The translations under genes and the position numbers were made by a program. A model generated the notes under the pieces. It ran no database searches, was not told the DNA's origin, and saw nothing but the letters and a program-made list of their open reading frames with translations. From the NCBI GenBank assembly GCA_963735035.1, contig CAVTJJ010000004.1:1088001-1152000 (forward strand): a stretch of DNA of 64,000 bases. The letters run 5' to 3'. This DNA comes from an uncultured candidate division Zixibacteria bacterium. GTDB lineage: Bacteria; Zixibacteria; MSB-5A5; GN15; FEB-12. Of the stretch, positions 18,458 through 27,486 are shown piece by piece (the stretch's first letter is position 1; each line of letters starts with the position of its first letter).

Positions 18458-20470
18458 TTGTCGTTGAATCGCTTCCCCGATAGTCTTGCTACCGAGACCC
18501 CAATGCAAAGCTGCAAAGAGACTTATGAAGCCTCACGTCGCCGGGTGGGCTATGTGCCCCGGTCCGAGGCCGTTTCGGAGACTTATTCAGCCCTGGGTTT
18601 CAAGAGTGGGTTGGAAATCCACCAGCAGTTGCTGACCGCGAAGAAGTTGTTTTGTCATTGTCCGGCCGGACTTTATCAGCACGGTGAGTACGATGCCGAA
18701 GTTGTCCGTCACATGCGCCCGACTCTCAGCGAGATGGGGGAGTACGACGGCACCGCCCTTATGGAAAAGCGCACGCGCAAGACGATCATATATCGCATCA
18801 AGAAAGAAACCGCCTGCACCTACGATATCGATGACACGCCGCCGTTCAAGATTGACCGCACCGCGGTTGATATCGCGTTGGAAGTCGCCCTCATGCTGGG
18901 CTGCAATCTTGTGGGCGAATTGCACGTGGCTCGAAAGCAATATCTCGACGGCAGTATTCCAACCGGATTCCAGCGGACCGGTATCGTTGGAATTGAAGGC
19001 CAGATTCCGCTCAGCCACAAGAAGGTCCGCATCATCCAGCTTAGCATCGAAGAAGATTCCTGCCGGGAAGTCTCCGATATCGGTCATCTCCGGATATACA
19101 CTACCGACCGCCTCGGCATGCCGCTGATCGAGACCGTCACATACCCCGACATGCTTACCCCTGACGAAGTGGCAGAAGCGGCTCACTATCTCCGCCTGCT
19201 GGTAAGAACTTCCGGTAAAGTGCGAACCGGGATTGGCGCTGCCCGCGAAGATGTCAATGTCAGTATCACCGGTGGCACGCGAGTGGAAATAAAGGGCGTT
19301 TCGCACATTCGCTTGATTCCGGAATTGACCCACAACGAAGCTTTCCGGCAAAAGGCGCTTCTGCAAATCAAAGATATCGTCAGGGAGAAGCTGGGCGATC
19401 CCAAGAACTGGAAGGTGAGATCAAAAGAAATCACGCCCGGTCAATTCGAAAGCCTTCCGACCGTCATCTCCGAGCATCTCAAACCGAACGATCATGTGGT
19501 AGCCGTCAATCTCCCGGGGTTCCTGGGTCTGCTCTCGTATTTCACTCAACCGGGGAAGTGCTTCGCGAATGAGATCAGTGAGCGCCTGAAAGTTATTGCG
19601 TGTATCGAAAGACCCAATCTGGTTCATAGCGAATCGGAAGGCTGGTTTGATGATCGTGACGCATCGGAGATCAAACGCCTGCTCAACGCCGGTGACGCCG
19701 ATTCACAGATCGTCTATTGGGGGCCGGCCGACGATATGACTACCGCTACGGAGACGATCGAAGAACGCTGCAAGATGGCTTTCGACGGCGTTCCTAACGA
19801 AACCCGCAAGTCATTCCCCGACGGTACTACCATTTTCGAGCGGGTGTTGCCGGGTCCTGACCGCATGTACCCCGACACGGACTCGGCGCCGATTTCGATT
19901 CCAGCCGAGCATATCGAAACCATCCGAAAGCGCATGGTGAAAGTCCTGCCGGATTGGATCGAGCGGCTTCATCGCTGGAAGGTGCCGGTCGATACGCATC
20001 GCTATTTGATCCGGGGCAATCTGGTTCCGCTTATAGAAAAGATCGCTCTGACTACTGGATGGACTGAGAAGTATGTGGCATTGCTCTTCGGACATACATT
20101 GAAAGGCCTCGAACGTCGTCGGCCACGCGATGAGCGCTTCAAGCCGGAATTGCTCGCGTCACTCTGCGAGACTGTCCAGGCTTGCGGATGCGATCGCGCC
20201 TTGGTGAAAGAAGCGCTGTCGATTCTCTATGACGATATTTCCCGTTCACCCGAGGAAATCGTGAAGACGCTGTACGCTGACAAGCGTTCACTCCCCGACG
20301 CTATTGGCGGTGTGAAGACGCTGTCAGAGGAGTTCGACCGCATCAGTAAATCGCGGCATCCGGAAGCGCGACAGCGCTGGATTGTCGGAGCGCTACGACC
20401 GGCGGTGCTGGGGAAGGCCGATCTTAGACAACTGGCCGAGGCGGTCACCAGGGAGTTGAGTCATGTCTGA
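18458..20470 (+). CDS. gatE: Glu-tRNA(Gln) amidotransferase subunit E (archaeal type)
   Basis: GFKSGLEIHQQL..KKLFCHCP, RPTLSEMGEYD, DDTPP, RKQYLDGSIPTGFQRT, SIEEDSCR, DRLGMPLIE, RTGIGAAREDVNVSITGGTRVEIKGV, an insertion domain, GVPNETR, PGPDRMYPDTD. RBS AAGGAG precedes the TTG. Confidence 0.92.
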   Translation: MSLNRFPDSLATETPMQSCKETYEASRRRVGYVPRSEAVSETYSALGFKSGLEIHQQLLTAKKLFCHCPAGLYQHGEYDAEVVRHMRPTLSEMGEYDGTALMEKRTRKTIIYRIKKETACTYDIDDTPPFKIDRTAVDIALEVALMLGCNLVGELHVARKQYLDGSIPTGFQRTGIVGIEGQIPLSHKKVRIIQLSIEEDSCREVSDIGHLRIYTTDRLGMPLIETVTYPDMLTPDEVAEAAHYLRLLVRTSGKVRTGIGAAREDVNVSITGGTRVEIKGVSHIRLIPELTHNEAFRQKALLQIKDIVREKLGDPKNWKVRSKEITPGQFESLPTVISEHLKPNDHVVAVNLPGFLGLLSYFTQPGKCFANEISERLKVIACIERPNLVHSESEGWFDDRDASEIKRLLNAGDADSQIVYWGPADDMTTATETIEERCKMAFDGVPNETRKSFPDGTTIFERVLPGPDRMYPDTDSAPISIPAEHIETIRKRMVKVLPDWIERLHRWKVPVDTHRYLIRGNLVPLIEKIALTTGWTEKYVALLFGHTLKGLERRRPRDERFKPELLASLCETVQACGCDRALVKEALSILYDDISRSPEEIVKTLYADKRSLPDAIGGVKTLSEEFDRISKSRHPEARQRWIVGALRPAVLGKADLRQLAEAVTRELSHV

Positions 20471-21845
20471 AGCACTTAAGGGATATAAGGGACCCGCCCT
20501 CAAAATGCTGGAGAAGCTGGGCGCATCGGTCTGGGACAACTGTACGGTAAAGACGACCCGCGGCGAGTTTAAAGGAATCGTCCTGCCTCGCTCGGAAAAC
20601 GACGATGACGGTCATCTGGTACTCAAGTTGATCAGTGGATACAATGTCGGGATCGCAGTTGACAGCATCACTTCTATCGACGTCGGTGGCCGAAAGGAAG
20701 CCCACTACAAGATTCCGGAAAAGGAATTCCCGAGTTCACCGAACAAGCCGAACGTGAGGCTGCTCGGCACCGGCGGCACGATTGCCTCGCGGCTTGACTA
20801 TCGCACCGGGGCAGTCATCCCGGCGTTCTCTCCGGGCGAATTGTACGGCGCTGTTCCGGAACTGGCCGACATCTGCAATCTGACCACCGAGAAACTGTTT
20901 GCGGTCTTCAGTGAAAACATGGGCCCGGAGCAGTACAAGAAACTGGCTATTCAAATCGGCCAGGAAATCGAGAAGGGCGTTGACGGCATCGTCATAGGCC
21001 ATGGCACCGATACCATGCACCACACCGCGGCGGCGCTGTCCTTCATGGTGCAGAATTCGCCCGTGCCGATTGTGCTGGTGGGTTCGCAACGGTCGTCGGA
21101 TCGGCCGTCTTCTGATGCCGCCCTTAATCTGATTCATGCCACGAAGACCGCAGCCGATTCGGATATCGCCGAAGTAGTCGTCTGCATGTTCGGACCAACT
21201 TCGGATGAATACGGCCTTCTGCACCGGGGCACCCGGGTGCGCAAGATGCACTCATCGTATCGTTCTACTTTCCGGACGGTCGGAGATATTCCCCTGGCGA
21301 TGGTCAATCGGGAGAAAGTCACGCCGCTGCACGACAACTACAACAAGCGGCGCAACGACCGTAAAGCGACCATTCTTCCGTATTTCGAGGAACGGGTAGC
21401 GATGGTGTACTACTACCCGAATATGCACCCCGACATGATCGATTCGCTGATTCAGAACGGCTACCGTGGGATTATCATCGCCGGCACCGGCCTGGGACAT
21501 ATCAACAAGCCGCTCTATCCAGCTATCGAGCGTGCCGCCGCGGCGGGCATCGCCGTCTACATGACCGTGCAGACCCTGTGGGGATACGTCCACATGTTTG
21601 TATATGACACGGGACGCGATCTTATGGCCAAGGGGATTATCCCGGCGGAGAACATGCTCCCGGAAGTGGCCTATATCAAGCTCGCCTGGGCGCTGGGCCA
21701 GACCGACGATCTCGACAAAGTCAAAGATATTATGCTCACTCCTATCTGCGGCGAAACCACCGAGCGCGAACCGTACAACGGCTACCTGATTCTCCAGGGC
21801 GGCGTACCCGAAGTTGAGGCGTTCTTACATACGATTCACAAGTAA
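20463..21845 (+). CDS. gatD: Glu-tRNA(Gln) amidotransferase subunit D (asparaginase-like glutaminase)
   Basis: GatD N-terminal domain (GIVLPR...LKLISGYNVGI); GTGGTIASRLDYRTGAV, SENM, GHGTDTM, GSQRSSDRPSSDA, HRGTRVRKMHSS, GTGLGH, VYDTGRDL, MLPEVAYIKL.W. Overlaps the gatE stop. Confidence 0.94.
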   Translation: MSEALKGYKGPALKMLEKLGASVWDNCTVKTTRGEFKGIVLPRSENDDDGHLVLKLISGYNVGIAVDSITSIDVGGRKEAHYKIPEKEFPSSPNKPNVRLLGTGGTIASRLDYRTGAVIPAFSPGELYGAVPELADICNLTTEKLFAVFSENMGPEQYKKLAIQIGQEIEKGVDGIVIGHGTDTMHHTAAALSFMVQNSPVPIVLVGSQRSSDRPSSDAALNLIHATKTAADSDIAEVVVCMFGPTSDEYGLLHRGTRVRKMHSSYRSTFRTVGDIPLAMVNREKVTPLHDNYNKRRNDRKATILPYFEERVAMVYYYPNMHPDMIDSLIQNGYRGIIIAGTGLGHINKPLYPAIERAAAAGIAVYMTVQTLWGYVHMFVYDTGRDLMAKGIIPAENMLPEVAYIKLAWALGQTDDLDKVKDIMLTPICGETTEREPYNGYLILQGGVPEVEAFLHTIHK

Positions 21846-21874
21846 CGACGGAGTCTATTCGCGACAGATCGACC

Positions 21875-23010
21875 ATGCCCTGCAATTTTCAATACATAGA
21901 CACCGGGGACGCCCTTGAGGCGCTGGTCAAGCGTTTGGGGTCGGTCGAGAATGTGGCGGTCGATACCGAAGCGGACAGCCTGCATCACTATTATGAGAAG
22001 GTCTGTCTGATACAGCTTACGGTCGATCATGAAACGTACATTGTCGATCCTCTGGTTGAAATGCGGCTTGGCCCATTCCTTGACCTACTGTCCGGAAAGA
22101 GACTCCTGTTCCACGGCGCCGAATATGATCTCCGGATGTTGCGTGCATCCTATGGATTCAAACTCCAGGGCGAGGTCTTTGACACCATGCTCGCCGCGCA
22201 ACTGGTTGAAGGCAAGGCGTGCAGCCTGGTCGCGCTGGCCAAGAGCTATCTCGGAATCGAACTGACCAAACAGAAACAGCGTTCCGACTGGTCGCGCCGT
22301 CCGTTGAGTGACGAGCAATTGGTGTACGCCTGCAATGATACGTGTCATCTGGCCGCGATCACGGCCCATCTGGAAGGCGAGCTGGAAGCGACTGGGCCGT
22401 ATGGACTGGCATCGTGAATCTTGCCGTCGCATGGTGAAGGGCTACCAGTAAGGACAAATCACCGGTCGATCCGCAGCGCGAATGGCGCATCAAGGGCCTG
22501 AGTGAACTCGAACGCCATCAACTCGCGTTCGTGCGGGAAATCTGGTACTGGCGCGAACACGAGGCCCAGCAAGCCGATGTACCTCCGTTCAAAGTCGCCG
22601 GTAATCAGTTGATTCTCGATTTGGCGATGTGGGCTTCGGAAAAGCGGGGTGGTTCGACCACCGCTCGACCCAGGCTTCCGCGCAACTGTGTGGGGGGGAG
22701 ACTGGCCGGCCTTGAAGACGCCATCAAGCGCGCTCGCTACATGCGGGAGCCCGAGTGGCCGCCGCTTCGAACCGGTAATGGGATCATCTTGCCGGAACAC
22801 GGACCCGAAGTTGACCGCCTGCGCGCTGACAGCGCCGTCATTGCCGAGAAGCTGGGCATAGAGGCGTCGTTGCTGGCCTCGCGGCGACAACTCGAGGCGG
22901 TCTCGATTGCCCGCCCCACCACGGCTGCGGCGCTTCAGAAAGCCGGCAGCTTCATGGACTGGCAGACCGAGCTGCTGCTGCCGGTGGTCAAGAAGATATT
23001 TGGTTCCTGA
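21875..23010 (+). CDS. rnd: Ribonuclease D (3'-5' exonuclease + HRDC); two apparent +1 frameshifts (~22390, ~22440)
   Basis: AVDTEADS..HY..KVCLIQL, FHGAEYDL, FDTMLAAQL, SDWSRRPLS..QL.YA.ND. Removing one base at each site gives LGRMDWHRESC...WRIKG...VREIWYWREHEAQQADVPPFKV. Confidence 0.85.
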
Positions 23011-23060
23011 TTCCTAAGCACAAAAAGTACATTCCCTGTCCGGGCGAGTAGAAAGTAAAC

Positions 23061-23306
23061 GTGCCCGGCAGATGCCCACATCTGCCGGGCACCCCATTAA
23101 ATCACCCTTGCCCCACTACGTCACCCTGAGCTTGTCGAAGGGTTACACTCTACCTTAAATGATGCTTCGACCCTTCGGCAAGCTCAGAGCAGGCGTAGCT
23201 AAGCATGACTTTCGGGTGGCAGAACCACCCGCCCAAGGGACGGGGGTTCTGCCCTACGAAGGTCACTCTATTGTACTGTGGCTGGTGGACGTCCTCGTCC
23301 ACCAGC
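23061..23306. repeat. Cluster of REP-like palindromes between convergent rnd and ABC genes
   Basis: Perfect 14-bp hairpin GTGCCCGGCAGATG-CCCA-CATCTGCCGGGCAC (23061-23092); inverted pair CCCTGAGCTTGTCGAAGGG / CCCTTCGGCAAGCTCAGAG (23124-23189); minus-strand GTAGGGCAGAACC...GGTTCTGCC (23216-23257); GTGGCTGGTGGACGTCCTCGTCCACCAGC (23278-23306). Confidence 0.8.
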
Positions 23307-23315
23307 CCGAGCTCT

Positions 23316-25115
23316 CTACGCCTGGCCGACTTCTTCTGCCAATTGATAGCGCCGATATATCTTCGAATACTGACCACCCTGATCGATCAACTCCTTGTGC
23401 GTGCCGGATTCGACAAGACAGCCATCCTCAAGCACATAGATCCGATCAGCCAGTGCTAGCGTGCCCGGTCGATGCGTTATCAGCACCGCCGTCAGTCCGG
23501 GCATGACTTCATGCAGTCGACCCCACAGCGCTGCCTCGGTGTGCGAGTCGAGCGCCGACGTGCAATCGTCCAGCAGGAGAATCTGCGGCTTGCCGACCAG
23601 CGCCCGCGCCAGGGCGAGGCGTTGTTTCTGGCCGCCGGAGAGCATCATACCGTGCGTACCCACCGGAGTATCGAGCCCTTTCGGGAACGATGCGATCTCG
23701 TCTTTCAACTGAGCAATTTCGACCGCCCAGTCAAGAACGTCCTCGCTGATTTCATCACGTCCGAGCAGAATATTATTCCTGATCGTATCGCTGAACAGTA
23801 TCGGCTCCTGTGGAACATAGCCGATCTGTCGCCGCAGGTCTTCGAGACGGAACTGCCGAAGCTCTCGGCCGTCCAGCTTGATGATGCCGCCGCTCGGGTC
23901 GACCAGCCGTGGAATCATGTTCACGAGCCAACTCTTGCCCGAGCCAACCCGTCCCACCAGCGCGACCGTCTGTCCCGCATCGAACTCAAGGCTGACATCG
24001 TTCAGCACCTTCCGTTCCGAAGGCGGAAACGAAAGACTTACCCCACCCAGCGCGATCTGTCCTGCCGGAGTTTCAGTCATTGCCTCGGCGCCGTCATCGC
24101 CGACCATCGCGGGCACATCTTCCATAGCGCGAAGACGATCAATCGACACCGCCGATTGGCGCGACTTGACCAGGAACTGGCCGACATCGAACATCGGGAA
24201 GACCAGCCATGAAACATAGTAGATGAACGTCGCCAGTGAACCGATCGACAAGTTTGACGTGATGACCTTATAGCCGCCCAGAATAAGCACCGTCACCAAA
24301 GCGATCTGCCAGATGTACTGGTACATCGATTCGACTACCGCGGTCAATCGGACTGTCGCTATTTCGGCATTCCGTCGGTCTACCGCCGCCTTTTCGAACT
24401 TCGATTTCTGAGCCTCATTGCGCACGTAAGCTTTCACAACCCGGATGCCGGAAAAGCAGGCTTCCATGACATCGTTGAAGCGCGAGATGCGCGTTTGCAG
24501 ATGTTCGTATCGTTTGTCGAGCGCCGACGAAGTCTTAAAGAAGATGAACACCAGAATCGGCAGCGGTCCTGCCGCCCAGAGTGTCAATCCCGGATCGAGG
24601 CTGATCATCATCAGGGTGATGAAGATGATGTAAAGCGTCGCTTCGTACAGGCGAAAGATACCCGAGCAGGCAAACCAGGACAGTTTCTCTGCAACGTCGT
24701 CGGTCAACCGCGTGACAATATCACCGGTGCGGAACTTATTGAAGAAGTCCGGCCCCTTGGTCGTGATCTGGTCGAACGCCTCCTGGCGGAACTCCCATTC
24801 CAGCCGGCAGTTCATCCAGGCGCGGTTCGACTGCACGAACACGTAGAAGGCGCTGGAGAAGATGCCGATCAGGATGAACGCCACGCCGTAGCTGGTCGCA
24901 GGCGACAGTCCAAACGATGCCCCCACACTGGTGACCCAGCGGGACACCAGGTGATCCGAGACATTTCCCGTACTCAGATTGTCGACCGCGAACCCGAACA
25001 ACTGCGGAACCGTCACGCCGACTATCGCCTGCGCCGGAGTTAGTAGAACAAGAACCGCCAGCACCCAGGGGTGGCGCTTATAGTATTTCCATAACCATTT
25101 TATCTTACTTAGCAT
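23316..25115 (-). CDS. ABC exporter, fused permease/ATPase (MdlA-like half)
   Basis: TM domain plus GRVGSGKS Walker A, LSGGQKQR signature and LLLDD Walker B (degenerate Glu). Confidence 0.92.
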   Translation of the reverse strand: MLSKIKWLWKYYKRHPWVLAVLVLLTPAQAIVGVTVPQLFGFAVDNLSTGNVSDHLVSRWVTSVGASFGLSPATSYGVAFILIGIFSSAFYVFVQSNRAWMNCRLEWEFRQEAFDQITTKGPDFFNKFRTGDIVTRLTDDVAEKLSWFACSGIFRLYEATLYIIFITLMMISLDPGLTLWAAGPLPILVFIFFKTSSALDKRYEHLQTRISRFNDVMEACFSGIRVVKAYVRNEAQKSKFEKAAVDRRNAEIATVRLTAVVESMYQYIWQIALVTVLILGGYKVITSNLSIGSLATFIYYVSWLVFPMFDVGQFLVKSRQSAVSIDRLRAMEDVPAMVGDDGAEAMTETPAGQIALGGVSLSFPPSERKVLNDVSLEFDAGQTVALVGRVGSGKSWLVNMIPRLVDPSGGIIKLDGRELRQFRLEDLRRQIGYVPQEPILFSDTIRNNILLGRDEISEDVLDWAVEIAQLKDEIASFPKGLDTPVGTHGMMLSGGQKQRLALARALVGKPQILLLDDCTSALDSHTEAALWGRLHEVMPGLTAVLITHRPGTLALADRIYVLEDGCLVESGTHKELIDQGGQYSKIYRRYQLAEEVGQA

Positions 25116-26904
25116 TGGCTAACGCTCCATTCGTGTTCTTGTACTGCAGATGGAACAGCTTGGTATAGTAGCCATTCATCAGCAGCAGATCGCTGTGCTT
25201 GCCGCGCTCGACAATCTCGCCGTCGCGGATCACGAGGATCTGATCGACATCGAGAATGGTCGACAGACGATGGGCGATAATCAGCGACGTTCGCCCGGTC
25301 ATCAGCTTGTGCAGCGATTCCTGAATCGCGCGTTCGGTTTCCGGGTCGACTGAGCTGGTAGCTTCGTCGAGCACGAGTATCTCCGGGTCGAACGCCAGAG
25401 CCCGTGCAAACGAAAACAACTGCCGCTCGCCCCGGCTGAAATTGGCGCCCTTCTCGGAAACCTCCGTCTGGTACTTCTGCGGCAGACGTTCGATGAACTT
25501 GTCCGCGGCTACAGTGCGCGCCGCCTCGGCGGTACGTTCGAGCGAGACTCCCTCGGCTTCGAGACTGATGTTTTCCGCCACGCTTCCGGGGAACAGGAAA
25601 ATATCCTGAAGCACCAGCGCAAAACGTTTGCGGAGTTCCGAGACCGCGATTTCGCGAATGTCGATACCGTCGATCGTTATGCGCCCCTTCTGCGGATCAT
25701 AGAAGCGCAACAAGAGGGATATTACGGTACTCTTGCCGCCGCCGGTAACACCCGCGAGAGCCACCCGCTGACCGACCTTGATTTCGAAATTCACATCCTT
25801 CAAGACCCACTGATGGTCATCGCCGTAAGAGAACCAGACGTTCTCAAACCGGATTGATGACTTCATGCCGTTCCATGCCAACGGTCGGGGCGAATCGAGA
25901 ATCTTCGGTTTCGTTTCGAGCAGTGCGAATATCCGCCGCGCGCCGGCTATTCCTTTCTGGAAACTGGACAACTGCTCCGACATGCGGAAGATCGGGTCAA
26001 ACGACCGCCAGACGTTGACCAGAAAGAGCACCATGAGACCGGCCGTCAGTCCAAATTTAGCCCCAAATAGGAGGATCAGGCCGATCTTGATGTATTCGAA
26101 CATAAAGGCGGTATTGAAGAACACGCATACCGCCACGTTGACGAACGCATCCTGGGTAAATTTCGCCTCACTGACCCGATAGAACCGCTTCCGGGCATAT
26201 TCGCCCCGGTGGAATATCTGTATGATAGACATCCCTTGCAGAAATTCGGTGGCGGTCGCAGTCACTTCGGCCATGAGCTTGCGCACGGCCAGAAAGCGGT
26301 GCGAGGTCAGCCGATGGAATATCCAGACCAGCAACGCAATCACCGGGATCAGTGACGCCAGTATTGCCGCCAATCTCCAATTGTAATAGAACAGGACGCT
26401 GTACAGCCCGACCACCAGCAGGAAGTCGGCAATAACCATTAATACAGTGTTGGTGAACAGCATCCGAAGCGATTCGGTGTCGGATTCAACTCGCGCCATG
26501 AGCCGACCGACCGGGTTCCGATCGAAGAACGACACGTCCAGCGACAGGATGTGATCAAACAATCGTCGCTTCAAATCTAACATGAAGTCCTGAGCGATCG
26601 TCTCCAGACGGATGCGTAGCGTATATTGGGCGCCAATGGTCACGATCTGGATGACGGCTATTCCCGCGGCGAGGAATATCAGCCCGCGGACATCTTCGCC
26701 CGCCAGGGGAACGTCTATGGCCCGCTTGAGCAGAATCGGCCACAGCAGCGACAACAGCGTGGCGGCGACCAGAAGAGCCAGGCAGCCGGCCAAGCGCCGA
26801 CGGTGCGGCTGCAAGAGCGGCAGCAGATATCCAATAGCCTTGCGGCCTCCGACTTCGGATGCCGAACCGGTAGTCTTTTCGTCTTCGTAAAAGGAGCTAG
26901 TCAT
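25105..26904 (-). CDS. ABC exporter, fused permease/ATPase (MdlB-like half)
   Basis: TM domain plus GVTGGGKST, FSRGERQL, LVLDEATSSVD, IAHRLST; overlaps its partner, as in a heterodimeric exporter. Confidence 0.92.
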   Translation of the reverse strand: MTSSFYEDEKTTGSASEVGGRKAIGYLLPLLQPHRRRLAGCLALLVAATLLSLLWPILLKRAIDVPLAGEDVRGLIFLAAGIAVIQIVTIGAQYTLRIRLETIAQDFMLDLKRRLFDHILSLDVSFFDRNPVGRLMARVESDTESLRMLFTNTVLMVIADFLLVVGLYSVLFYYNWRLAAILASLIPVIALLVWIFHRLTSHRFLAVRKLMAEVTATATEFLQGMSIIQIFHRGEYARKRFYRVSEAKFTQDAFVNVAVCVFFNTAFMFEYIKIGLILLFGAKFGLTAGLMVLFLVNVWRSFDPIFRMSEQLSSFQKGIAGARRIFALLETKPKILDSPRPLAWNGMKSSIRFENVWFSYGDDHQWVLKDVNFEIKVGQRVALAGVTGGGKSTVISLLLRFYDPQKGRITIDGIDIREIAVSELRKRFALVLQDIFLFPGSVAENISLEAEGVSLERTAEAARTVAADKFIERLPQKYQTEVSEKGANFSRGERQLFSFARALAFDPEILVLDEATSSVDPETERAIQESLHKLMTGRTSLIIAHRLSTILDVDQILVIRDGEIVERGKHSDLLLMNGYYTKLFHLQYKNTNGALANAK

Positions 26905-26960
26905 TTCATTGCCCTTGATAGAAAGTGTAACAACGCTCGGACCGATTCCCGGCGGACAAT

Positions 26961-26998
26961 GAAAAAAGCCCGCCAGGTTCTATCGGACCGTGGCGGGC
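26961..26998 (-). terminator. Rho-independent terminator in the 5' leader of the ABC exporter operon (attenuator)
   Basis: Minus strand GCCCGCCACGGTCC-GATA-GAACCTGGCGGGC-TTTTTT, about 60 nt upstream of the ATG at 26904. Confidence 0.75.
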
Positions 26999-27023
26999 AT
27001 CGCTTTCGCGCTTGGGTGTGTCG

Positions 27024-27098
27024 CTATCCGGACATACCCGTCCCGCCACCCGGTACCAATACCGGCATATTCGAAATACGATTCTGGAGGCTGATCAT
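27024..27098 (-). CDS. Putative leader peptide MISLQNRISNMPVLVPGGGTGMSG
   Basis: 24-aa ORF downstream of AGGAG (27110-27114), overlapping the putative antiterminator GGGTGGCGGG. A tiny MIR* ORF (27095-27106) overlaps its start. Confidence 0.45.
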   Translation of the reverse strand: MISLQNRISNMPVLVPGGGTGMSG

Positions 27099-27172
27099 CG
27101 AATCATATACTCCTGTGCAGCGGGTTAAATATATCTAAAGCTATTTCAGCATTATTCAAATTATTGGGAACA

Positions 27173-27200
27173 AGTATAATTGGCGGCCATTGTTTGTCAA
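27173..27200 (-). promoter_or_regulatory. sigma70 promoter driving the leader + ABC exporter transcript
   Basis: Minus strand TTGACA-16 nt-TATACT. Confidence 0.65.
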
Positions 27201-27323
27201 CACATTTTCTTTGTCCTTTTGACGAGGCTTATCGAATAAGTGCCACTCCAAGTCATTGCGAGTGGAGATGCCCGCCGCGAGGTGGGTGTCGTAGCGCGGC
27301 AATCCCAATTCGACGGTATCGAT

Positions 27324-27356
27324 ACGAGTCGGCAGATGTGGACATCTGCCGGGCAC
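27324..27356. repeat. REP-like palindrome (GTGCCCGGCAGATG family)
   Basis: ACGAGTCGGCAGATGTGGACATCTGCCGGGCAC, nearly identical to copies at 23061, 40488 and 40648. Confidence 0.8.
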
Positions 27357-27486
27357 TTGTACTCCCGTTTCTGTGGCCGGCCCGGCGCGGCGGGTCCCCG
27401 TCTGCCGCTCCAGAAACTGCTTCCGCGAAGTTGCGCGGTTGCCTATGTTTCCAGTCCTGAATTGTGGAAAGCGGAGTATAACGATC

